A stretch of DNA of 64,000 nt from Asterias rubens (Eukaryota). The first letter of the stretch is position 1; every line of letters starts with the position of its first letter. Of the stretch, positions 42,601-54,600 are shown in pieces. The stretch spans positions 2,914,001-2,978,000 of the forward strand of contig NC_047064.1 in NCBI RefSeq assembly GCF_902459465.1. Direction: 5' to 3'. The position numbers were made by a program, and so were the translations under genes. Below the pieces are notes generated by a model. That model was given only the letters and a program-made list of their open reading frames with translations. It made no database searches and was not told the DNA's origin.

Positions 42601-45600
42601 TTTCGCGACTGGATTCTTGTCACGAGGGAATTTTTCTTCTTATTTCTTTTAAGAAATAGTAGTTGCTTTTGCGAATGACTCCAACTTTTCTTCGACAACA
42701 AGAACCAGCAATGCTTCACTTTAGTTGGGAGTGTGTAAATTAAAGGAATAAATCAGAAACTGCAACGAAGAAACATGAACAAGCAATTTTTACATTTTAA
42801 TTTTTTTTTACATTTTGTTGTGTATATTTTGAAACAACTGTTTCTCATTGGAGATTAACAAATCGGAGTGCGCCCTCTAGAGTGCCGGTTAAGAAAACCA
42901 GCCCGGTGCCAAAACTTAATAGCTGCAAACAAAACACACAACACGTGTTTGTATAATTTCACACACGTTCTGAAATGGTAATTGCAACGTAAATAAAGAT
43001 ATTGACACATCTGTTGTTGATCAAACCAAAGAGTGACACGACGTTTAATTAACAAGAACGTTTTAATTAAGCAATAAGTATAGCCCCTGAAAGTTTTACA
43101 TCGTTAAAAGAAAATTCTGGGTAAGATAAATTAGACACACAAAATCATTTCCTATTGGAAACTTGCGAAGCAGTGTTTTTTTCTAAGAACATGCTGTTTT
43201 AATTATCACAAGTTGAGTTTGTTTTATCTTATCTTCAATCGGCTGATGCGGCAAAACAATATGATTCCAAACGAAAAACGACGCAAGGGTAATGCAAATT
43301 TCCCCTCGTATTTGTTTATATTAGAACCTTCAAAATAATCATATAACTACACGACCTAGGTAATACTAAAAACCTTTTGTTTATTTGTTTGATCTGTTGC
43401 AGGATATTTTGGAAAATGACTCTATCGAATTGGATGACATGTTCAAGTATTCCCTTTTGTACGACATAGTCAAGGTAAGCTAACAATTAAAAACTTGAAA
43501 AGTGCATATGATGCAAATTATTATACACTTCTTATATAAGACAAAGTATAGTTAGTAAACTTGCGGGCACACCCATTTCTAGAACTCTTGTTGAAGAAGT
43601 TGTAAAAGAAAGGCTTCATATTTGACTGACAGGAAATTGGTATTTGTGTATGATCAGAATTAGCTCTCTGCAACCCGATTTTGTATAAACAGTAACCTCC
43701 ATAACCCCCGTTTAGAGGTGCATTCCCCTTTAAGCATAAACAAGGACAACTACAACCTGCTTATTTCCCACATGGTGGTTGTGGTTCAAAGCAAATGCAA
43801 ATTCCATAATTGCATCGCGGGTCCCTTCAGGTTCTCCCCCTGGCTCTAGGGGAAGCAGACCGCCAATAAGAGGCGGACTAAGCCCGCTTGGGGCTTAGGG
43901 CGTCACGGCACGGACAACGGCGGTCCTTGACTTGTATACAAACACAATTTTTTACATGTAGGCTTCCTGTAATTAATTCAAACCGCCGATACACAGTTTG
44001 TGTTCTTTCAACGTGGGAAATAGCTCGGACGTAGGGGCAAAGCAGTTGTGATTTAATGAACGCATAATCAATATAAGCCGTGATTGAATTTTCTCGGTAA
44101 AACGATTAACTCTAATTCAGAAGCTGTATTTTAAATATTATATCATTGCTTCGCTAGTTTGAATGCAGTCACACATGTACTAGATAATTATTTTGAAGGG
44201 TTTTGACAGAATTATTTTGAAAGTACATAGAGTTAATAGTTGAATAGTTAAATGAGTACAATAATGGTTAGTATGAATATTGTATAGACCCATTTGTGAG
44301 TAGTTCAACACTTCAACGAATGCAAATATTTCCATTTCACACGAAACAAAATTTTGTAATCAAAATATCAATATGGCTGGATGATAAAACTATCGAATAA
44401 ACATTTTGTACAACATTGTATTTGTCATCCATTAAAAGTGCCATTTGGTCTGCTGCACAAAGCTTGCAATAGAGGATTGGACAAAATGCATAGTTTATAA
44501 TGCTGGCCACGTGACCTACAATCCTCCAATCAAACGGCAAGGATCTACTTCAATCCTCCAATAAACATGACAATCATCTTCTTTGGTGTTATATAATGCA
44601 GAATACTCTTTAAGTGTTGTCAACGTTACAACATCAAGTTGGTCTTACTTTAATAAAAAATGTATTTTCTTTGCAAAGTTTCTTAGTTTGGTAACAACTT
44701 GATTAACGTTGATCTTCTTTCTCCTTTAGGGCATGCATTATCTCCAGAACAGCGTCATACAGACCCACGGTAACCTCAAATCCTCAAATTGTGTCGTCGA
44801 TAATCGATTTGTGGTGAAGATTACCGATTTTGGACTGCACTCGTTCCGGGAACCAGACCATCCGTTTGAACCTGATGAGGACGATCAATTCCAGTATTAC
44901 CAGAGTAAGTTATATCTTTCTTGACTTGTACACAAGAGGGCGCCCTGTATTATCTTCAGCAATACTCAGGCAATGCTTGTTTAAAGGTAGATTGTATGTT
45001 TAATTTAAACACTTCGAAATCGATTGCCTCCATGCCCTCTGGTCATTTCCTTGATGCCCTTGAAATGCTCCAGTATCAATTTACAGTTTCCTAACAGGGT
45101 GCCAAAGAGAAATGCCTTGGTGCCCTTGCCTTTTCAGATACGAAGCATACATGCCCGACTTGGTTTGAAGTTGTTTTGAGGAGAGTCATGGTGAACGGCA
45201 AAGAATTTAACACCTTTTGAACCTGATGAATGAACTTCACGTTTGTTAACCAGTCGGTTTGACTGTGGTTCTGTCGTGGTTTAGCTTAAAAGCTCAGTGG
45301 CTGCTTTCTACCGTTGTACTTGATGCTGCAAACCCTCCCTCGTGCTAATCATACATGTCCGTGTAGACAAAGTAATCACCGGGGAACGAGGAGCAATTAA
45401 GCAGATAATACGGTTTGATAATTATTCCTGTGCTATTTGTAGGTGATCACAATCACACTAAACACGCTCAAAACAGTTAAATCTTCTGGAATTTCAACAG
45501 CTCCCTGACATATTGCGACCCAATTTCACCTCGGTTTCCCCTTAGGGAGAGTTACATCTCTTCTCTTGGAGAGGGCAATACACGAATTATCGCCAAACTT

Positions 45601-48600
45601 CACACTAAGCTCAGTTGTCAATACAATACCCTAGGGCCTACCTAAAGAGTTTCTAGCATTCAAAGGCAAATAGCAAGAATTATCCTGTAGACGATGGTCA
45701 GCTGTGTCGAACCCGTGAAATAGATGTAGATTTTACTCGTGGGAGGCAGGAAATTGGTTAAGGTACCGGGTTTAGAAGATATCAATTGGGCCTGCGAGAC
45801 TAGTTACTGGATACGTCTGAGGTCGGCCTCAGCTGCCGTCCCAGGAAAGTGACACTTGAGCATGTAAGACCCCTGTTGGCGTGTTTCATGATGAAGTCCA
45901 CAGTCAAGCCTTACTTCTGAATCTGATGACCGCAATAACCTCATCTGTGGAAACGAACACTCCATTGCGGAATTAACCAGTTATACGGCAGTAACTGAGC
46001 AGGGTTGGGCCGCGCAAATTAATTAATCAGCGATTAGAATCAACTATCGCACTCTAGTGAAAATGGTGGAAGGCGCCCGTGAAAGAACGAAATTGGGTGC
46101 CGTGAGCCGTGGTTAATGATCATAATTGTTTCTGAATAATTTGGGCTGAGTGAATTGATCGTAAGATTGACCCTCAAAAGACCAACATTTGGTAACATTT
46201 TTGTTGCACTGATGTATAAGACATGTCTAAAAAATATGGATTTAAGCTACCAAATAAAAGTAGCACTGACAAATTAAATGTAGTGTCATGTGTTGACAAC
46301 AACAAAATACTCAAACAAATGTACGTCCATAAGAACTACAATAATATAGAAGCACTATAGCTTATATAAACTTTTTTTTTTTAAATGATTCCCTTCGAAC
46401 CACCAGAAGACATTTTAATCTGAGAAACGATTCGTGTTTAATACGTGTCTCAGATTTGTGGGGTTTGTGACAAAACTAATCTACGACCCTTAACCTCTCA
46501 ATTAAATGAATCGACAACAGCAACAACAACAACAACTACAACAACAACAACAACAACGCGTAACAGGTGACAAATCTTTAAAATAGTCGCTGAATTAGAT
46601 GCGCGCAATCGAGAAAAGGAATTTAATGTAGTTTTATTTTCTTCGATAACATCTCTGATCGGCGTTGATATTATCATCAACTTGATATACCAACACTATG
46701 AATATTTGATGCTCTGTTTTGGCGTGTGATGTGTAGTTTATCTCCAATGGCACTGTTGTTTCGACCCTTTTTTCACCCCTTCATCCGCGGCTCCCCGCCT
46801 GTCTTTCCCCGCCTATCTTTCCCCCAGTGGAAATTGGTTAAGATAATACCCGTCACTCATGGCGGCCCCGGCCCCAGCGGGTGTTAACAAATCGTGTGCT
46901 GTTCCGTAAAAAAAAACTAACGAAGCGGCTGAAACCAGACCGGGCTGAAAATGCGGATGTGACGGATGTTGGATGCTACTTGATGTGTTGGTATAAGCAA
47001 ACACAGCGTGTACGGGCGTACGGTGGACATTATTTTGTACATGGGGAAGTACATGAAGACGATCGGAGCATACTAATCGAAACGTCGAATCGTTAGCCAC
47101 CAATTCTATTTAGAACCAACACTTCCGTACACCACAGTCCTGAAGACGATCAGAGCATACTTATCGAAACGTTGAGTCTTTAAAAACCGGTCGTTTTCAG
47201 AACCAACACTAAAGAGATATGCACATGGCGTTATGCAAACCTCTCGTAGGAGATGGTTCCAAAGGGAATGCTTTACCTCATTTTCAAATACTTCTTATCA
47301 CTTGTTATGCAAAGGATAAACTGATTGAAGTTAAAACATTTTTTTTTACCCATCATAAGAACCTCGGTGTCCTGATATTTACTTTCTTAGCCAATGTTGT
47401 GTCTTTATTATATTTTCCTCAACATACAAGTTAGGGTACAACAACAATTATGATAGTACCCAAGATTTACCATAAAGTGTTACACAACATTCGTACCAGG
47501 CAGCTTTACAGCGCAACATTTTACACTTAGTTTTCTTTTAGAGTGCATCGTTGTACAACTGGTAGTTTAAAGCCATTGGACCCTTTCGGTAAACAGTATT
47601 GTCCAAGGCCCACACTTCGTGTACCACAACTTCTATATAAAATAACAAACCTGGGAAAATTTAGGCTCAATCGGTCATCGGAGTCGGGAGAAAATAACGG
47701 GAAAACCCACCATTGTTTCCGCGCGTTTCGCCGTGTCATGACATGTGTTTAAAATAAATCCGTAATTCTCGTTAACGCGAATTGATATCGTTTTGCTGTT
47801 TTCTCAAAAAGTAAAGCATTTCATGGAATAATATTTCAAGAGAAGTCTTTCACCACTACCTTCTGTAAACCCTGTAAGTTATTTGTAAATCTGTGAACTT
47901 TTTGGGTTTTTTCTGAACCGAAAGGGTCCAATGGCTTTAACACGTGAAGAAACTCCTTGATTTATTCTTGAGCATGTCTTTCTGATATCTGATGTTTTTG
48001 TTTGTTTGTTTGTTTGTTGCAAATACTTTTACCACTTAAAGTAAATATCAAACTCGGTTAATACAGTTTGTTTCATCTGAGTTAAGGAAATTGGTACATT
48101 TTATATTGCGAAATCAAGAAGTTTGCCTTCCCCCGCATCCTGTAACGTTTGCCCTTCGGCAAAGTTTGCTTGACCATTGTAAGTTATTTTATATTTTAAT
48201 ATTGCAAAGTTCTCCAGTTCCATTTTGAAACTGTGGGCCTTAGTCAAACTGACAACTAAGTATACGATTGAATAACGCATAAGAACACCAAAAGTTATAT
48301 TGTATTACGCCCGATATCGAAGATTTGATTGCGACTTGGTATAGTGTTTACGACGTGACACCGTTGGAGGTACTCGCACTATTATATTTGCCCGTTCGTG
48401 TCAACAGCTGGCTGTGGACAAATTTGTCGAAGACCCTTGTTCAAATAGACACAGAGCTCAAAGTGAATTAAAAATGGAAATCCGCAGCGTTCAACCAATA
48501 TGTACCGCATGATCTAGCTCCAGACTCGTACAGCTGCGTGTCTGCGTGCATAATTTTCCCAGCGACAAGATGCATCAGTTTTGCTAGACTACACTGTTGT

Positions 48601-51600
48601 AAACGGGTCTAAATTGTGTAAAATGTGTTGTAAGGAATTCTCAAGTACGTTTAAGGGGGGAGTTTCGCACTTTTCGAAGTGTTACTCCTGTGAAGTTGCA
48701 TATTTTGAAAATAATATTATTCTGTGATTGATAAAACTCAACACTTTTGCCAGTGTCGTCTAACAGCCGTGACCAAAATCAAACGTCGCTGTATTGATGA
48801 CCAAATACGAACGTCGCTTTATTGATGACCAAAATGCGAACGTTGTAGTGAATGAAAATAACAATATTATAGTCGTAAATTTTCGGGTAGGCCATACATC
48901 CATTTTTAAAGCTGATGTGGGAGAAGTACTTTTACTCAGAATGAATAAAACTATACTGTGTGAGAAGTGTTGGCTCTGAGAAGAACAGATTCTTCTGAGA
49001 ACCATTTTTTCCAAAGAGTTATACGGGGTTGTAGGCCTACCCGCAAGTTTACTTCCATAGTTTCTACTTTGATCCACACCAATGTGAAGATTCAAACACC
49101 ACTCGTTGTGAATAAGCAAAATGCAATACAAACGTCGTTTTACTGGTGAACTAAATGTGAACGTCGTTGCAATGATGATTAAATGTGAACGTCGTTGCAA
49201 TGATGACTAAAATGCGAACGTCGATGTAATGATTACCAGAACATGAGCGTCGTTGTAATGGTACTTAAAATGCGAACGTCGTTGTAATGAAGAAAAGTTA
49301 CAAACGTCGTTATAACCACAAACTTTCATTATAGAAGGCATCGTAGTGCGAGTTACTCCTCCTCATTTACGATTGGAGGAGTTTTTTCATTTCTTACGCC
49401 ACACGTCAACCATACGTCAACTTTCTTGAAGTCATTCCATCACATTTCATCGCGACGTAATCGTGCATCCCTCGATCTCTGACTTTTGAGTCCATCCACG
49501 TCTTCACACTTTGCTGATACCTCCAACTGGTAATCCAAGACCAGTCGTCTGGGTGATGGGTGCTGAAGCGTACAGTAATAAGACCGCTGGCTGTCACATT
49601 AGCTTTGTCACTTAAGTGTCAGTCGGCGGCCATGGAAGAGGGGGAGAAAATATAAAACAAGTGAGAGGATCATCAAATATTGATATTGCGAAAATAGAAG
49701 TGCCCCCATGAGGCCCGGTGCGAGGTTTCACAGTTGCTGTCATGTGTTGGGGTGGGGGATGGAATTCTTCCCCGTGCAGTAAGGATTATGAAGAATGAAT
49801 TAAACATGGACGTCTATTGAAAAAGAAAAGACAGTGTATAATCCCAGGTATGCCTATACTTAGATTACCGGTATGTGCGTTCAAACATAACACCTGGATT
49901 TACTCCTTAAATTAATAAGTGACTGCCCTTCACTATTTGATAAGCCGTTTCTATAATTTTAGTTGAAGCCAGCATCCTTTACAGGCTGTGAAGCAAAGCA
50001 ACGACATAGTATGACCCTTTCTCGCGTGTGAACTTAATAGAGTGGACGAGATTATCCAAAAAGCCACTATAGCTGAAAGATCTCTCCAAAAGCGAAGAGA
50101 CGACGTGTTTAACTCTGTTTTAGTTGCAGTGCTGTGTTTAGTGTAAACACAAAGTATGTTTTCCAATGTTAAATCAAACAGAAGCCAAGGCTTGTGGTGT
50201 ACAGGCCTGGGATATCTCAGGAATTATCAGGATTTGTCAGGATTTTAAATCAGATTATTGACTCTTCACGTTATTTTGACACTGTATTCCGGGTCAGACT
50301 GACTCAGAAATGAGTCAAGCTCTACAGGACCAAGATCCGGGTCAATTCTGACCCCGATTTGTCCAGAGTATAAGCTTATGTGGGTATTTTAAACAAATAA
50401 GAACATTCGACAGAATGCCTCTATAAAAGCACATCACGCAACAGGCTGTGTATAAACACGGACACTTTCTTTTTGCATCAATATCAACAATCAGTAGCAG
50501 AGTTGCGCTATTTGAAGTGCTACTTTCAGTGTTGTGAAGTGCTACTTTCAGTGTTGTGAAGTGCTACTTTCAGTGTTGTGAAGTGCTACTTTCAGTGTTG
50601 TGAAGTGTTCAAAGATGAGCGAGGTGAGTCCATAGTTCACAAAGCTATAGATTCATATTGCAGTAGGCCTTATAGGAGAAGAACCAACTGTTGTTTGCAC
50701 ATGATATTAATAGACATGTCCACGGTAGCTCAGTTGTTGAGTGCATTTCGATACCTTTTTATATCATTTTTTTTGTCAGAGTCCTTTGATAATCTGAGAA
50801 ACGAAAGCGGAACTTACGTCCAAAATATAAGTCTGGATTCCCCTCACGATAAGTGAGTTTCCACTTCAGGCTGTCCATACTCTTAGTGTGATATCGCGGC
50901 TAATCTACGATGATTAAAACATTTTTCACGAGAGGCCAGATGGTCTAAGTGTTTCCGAATTTACCTTTCGATTACTCTTGAATTGTGCGCTGCGACGAGA
51001 ACGACGGTGGGACAAAGTCGAAATAAGAGAGATGAACGTCTCAGGCAACTTTAGCCTTAAATATCAGTCTATTAAAGGCACTGGACACTATTGGTTATTA
51101 CTCATTTTAGAATAACACATTGTGAGACACGGCTCCCTCTGAAGTAACGTAGTTTTTTAGAAAGAGATAATTTCTCACTCAAATATTAAAAGACTTCAGG
51201 CCTGAAGCCCTTCTTTAGCATCTGAAAGCACAACGATTGTGTTTTTTCGTTTATCATTCTTTTGCAACTTCGATGACCAATTGAGTCAAAACTTTCACAG
51301 CTTTGTTATTTTATGCATACATTATGTTGGGATACACCACGTGAGAATACTGATCTTTGAAAGGTGTCCAGTGCCTTTAATGAAGGTAACGAAGATGCCG
51401 CAGTGTTCTCTTGTTTCTCTAACTGTCTGTTTCGCCTTTTGCCAAATTGAAATGGACACCAAACCGAGCGTTCAAAACATTAAAGGGAGGGATACCTCAC
51501 CATTTGATCCTTTGGGCTAGAAAGGGTGTGTTGTCTGCAATTAACACGGTTCGAAAGATGTTTTTTTTAAGTGTTCTACACAATTACAAATCGCAATGTG

Positions 51601-54600
51601 GTTTACCTTAAACTTCGTGAACTAACATACATTTTGTAGAACTATTGTGTGGACTGTGTAAGTTCACAGAATTTTAAGAAAACCTCACATTTGCAAGGGA
51701 TATTTTGTTTGAATATTTATTATCTACTTTCAAAACACCTTTCAAACCGAATTCATTTCACTACAACAAACGCGTTTATAGCCCACAGCGCCCAATGCTT
51801 TAACTTTATTCAGTGTCTCTTTGTAAAACCACAGTCACTTCATTTTAGTGACACTTTTACGGGTTGGTTGAAAGTGTGCATTGTAATTCTAAAAATTGAT
51901 TTAATGCACTCAAGTACAAAAGCAAAAGATGATGTATACAATCTATAGTGTAATAATCAGCTGCGTTCCCGATGGTCTTAAGGTGTACATTCTAGCGACT
52001 TTTTCCGGCTCAATAACGCGCAGTAGGATGTCACTGTATGATCTCACTTCCAGTTTAATCACAAAACCCCGCCACGCTGTTAGATTACTGCACATTCCAA
52101 TGAACCCTCTTGGCGGGAGGTGGTGAGGGAAAATGGCGGGAAAACTGTGATCAACCAACGGGCACCTGTCCATCTTAATTAAAATTTATCATTTCTTATT
52201 TTAGTTGTCAGTCTCTCCTAAAGGTGATACTTTTCGTCGGTTTATTGATCGGTCATTATTTCACCTCATGCCCCAAAGGCTGTCAATTGTTGGACGCACC
52301 AACGTGCTAATAATCGATAACTTTTCAGTTAAACAACTGACTCAATGTTTACCTGAACCAAAATAGTAAAAACTAAATAAATATAATATAACAACTGTCG
52401 TTGGCACTACTGTGTTCTTTGTGAGGGAATTACCATTTCAAATTCGTTCAACGATAAAACTATCTTTCGAAATGGAATAGAAGGATTGTTGGACGCTTGG
52501 TGGAAGCAGATTTAAAATATGCGCAGTTTAAAAGAACACGTTGCCTTGGATTGGTCGAGTTGGTCTTTGAAAAGCGTTTGTAACCGTTTGTTATATAATG
52601 CATATGGTTAGAAAGCTGTTTAAAAGTAGAATACAATGATCCACACACATTTGCCTCGAAATTGAGTGGTTTTCCTTTTACTTTGCGAACTAAGACGGTC
52701 GGCCATTTATGGGAGTCAAAAATTGTACTCCCATAAAAAGCCGACCGTGTTTGTCGACGAGGTAAAATGAAAACCTCGCAATTTTGAGTGATACTTGGGT
52801 GCATCATTATATTCTACGTTAAGATTTATAATGCCAATGATATTGAGAAAGATACATTTAACTATCTCCTCCCACATGACCCCCGTACAGCAAGGTTCTA
52901 CCTTCTACCTAAGATACACAAGCCCAATAACCCGGGGAGACCTATTGTATCTGGGAATGGTAGCCCCACAGAGCGCATTTCTGAGTTTGTTGATAGCTTC
53001 CTCAAACCCTTAGTCTGCCGTATTCCTTCCTTCATCAAGGATACCAAAGACTTTCTCCACAAACTAGATGAGGTCAAGCACCAAATACCTGACTCTGCTA
53101 TTTTGGTTACTTTTGATGTTTCATCACTGTATACTAACATACCCCATCATGAAGGCATGAGTGCATGTGTCTCTGCCCTCAATGCTAGTAATCAGTCCCG
53201 CCCCTCAGTGAGTCATATTAAGGAACTCATGAGCCACATTCTAATGAAGAATAATTTCACATTTTCTGACAGGCATTTTCTACAGGTACAGGGTACTGCC
53301 ATGGGTACCAAAATGGCACCCTCATATGCTAACCTATTCATGTCTCAGTTGGAGGACAGACTCCTGTCCTCCGCCCCCAACCGACCACTAGTTTGGTGGA
53401 GATTTATTGATGATATTTTCTCCATCTGGTGTGGTGACCAAGACAGCTTGGATGAGTTTATTGCCCATATCAACTCATTTCACCCCACCATAAAGTTCAC
53501 TACCGAACAATCTCTCACCAGTGTGAACTTTCTAGATGTGACAATAACCAAGTCTCCTAATGGCCTTGTCACAGATGTTTACAGTAAACCCACCGACACC
53601 CACCAGTACCTTCTCTCCAATAGCTGTCACCCTAGTCACTGTAAGAAGGCAATTGCTTACAGTCAGGCCTTACGTATCAGGCGTATCTGTTCCACAGATA
53701 CCCTGTACAAGAGGCGCTCATCAGAGCTAAGGAAACACCTTGTATCTAGGGGACACAGCGAACGTAGGGTCCAACTTGCTATCAACAGGGCTCTCAACGT
53801 ACCTCGTCATACTCTGTTGACTAACACGGGAGCTAAAAAACCTCCTACCAATAGAGTTGCTTTGGTCACCACCTTCCACCCCAAACTACCCAAACTTCCC
53901 TCAATTCTCAATAATAACATGCCTATACTTCACTCCTCCAGCAGGTTACACTCAGCAATCACTGAGGTTCCCATGGTTGCATTCCGCCGCCCTAAGAACC
54001 TTGGTGACATACTAGTCAGGGCCAAACTTCCCCCAGGTACAGTCCAAACACAACCCCCGACAGATATACTGGGCTGTCACAAATGTACCCGTTCCAAATG
54101 CAAAACGTGTCTGCACATTAAGCCCTCACTTAAGGTGAAGAGTCATACCACTGGCTCTTCATACAACATCAAGACCGACTCTGAATGCAGCACGTCTAAT
54201 GTAGTCTATGTCATATCATGTAAGAGATGTGGGCTACAATATGTGGGAGAGACTAAGACCAAACTTAGTCTTCGCTTTGCGAATCATGTCTCTTCCATAA
54301 AGACTAAGAAACCGTACCCAGTCTCTATCCACTTCAACAGCCCCAATCATAGTGTCATTGATGTTGAACTTCTGGTGATTGAAGCTTGCAATGGTGATGA
54401 CACACACCGCAAGAATAGAGAATCACACTGGATTCACCAACTCAAGACAGTAAAACCCTTTGGACTTAACATAAACACTGGTGTTAAATAACTTCTCATT
54501 ACCCTCCACTTCACTTCTGCCTAAGAACTCATATGTTGTATATATTCTGTACATAAAGTATAAATTAACCTAGTTTAAAGTTGTTTTTATAAATTCATCA

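Noticed and set aside
50514-50607. Four identical 22-bp repeats (CRISPR-like at a glance)
   Set aside because: The units abut with no spacers, there are no cas genes and the context is eukaryotic; this is a plain minisatellite.
50725-50750. GGTAGCTCAGTTGTTGAGTGC, tRNA A-box-like
   Set aside because: No B box or cloverleaf downstream.
52788-52823. N-terminus of the listed 567-aa ORF ([12 protein letters not shown])
   Set aside because: It is read through from the flanking MITE arm and target duplication, so it is not part of the retroelement protein.
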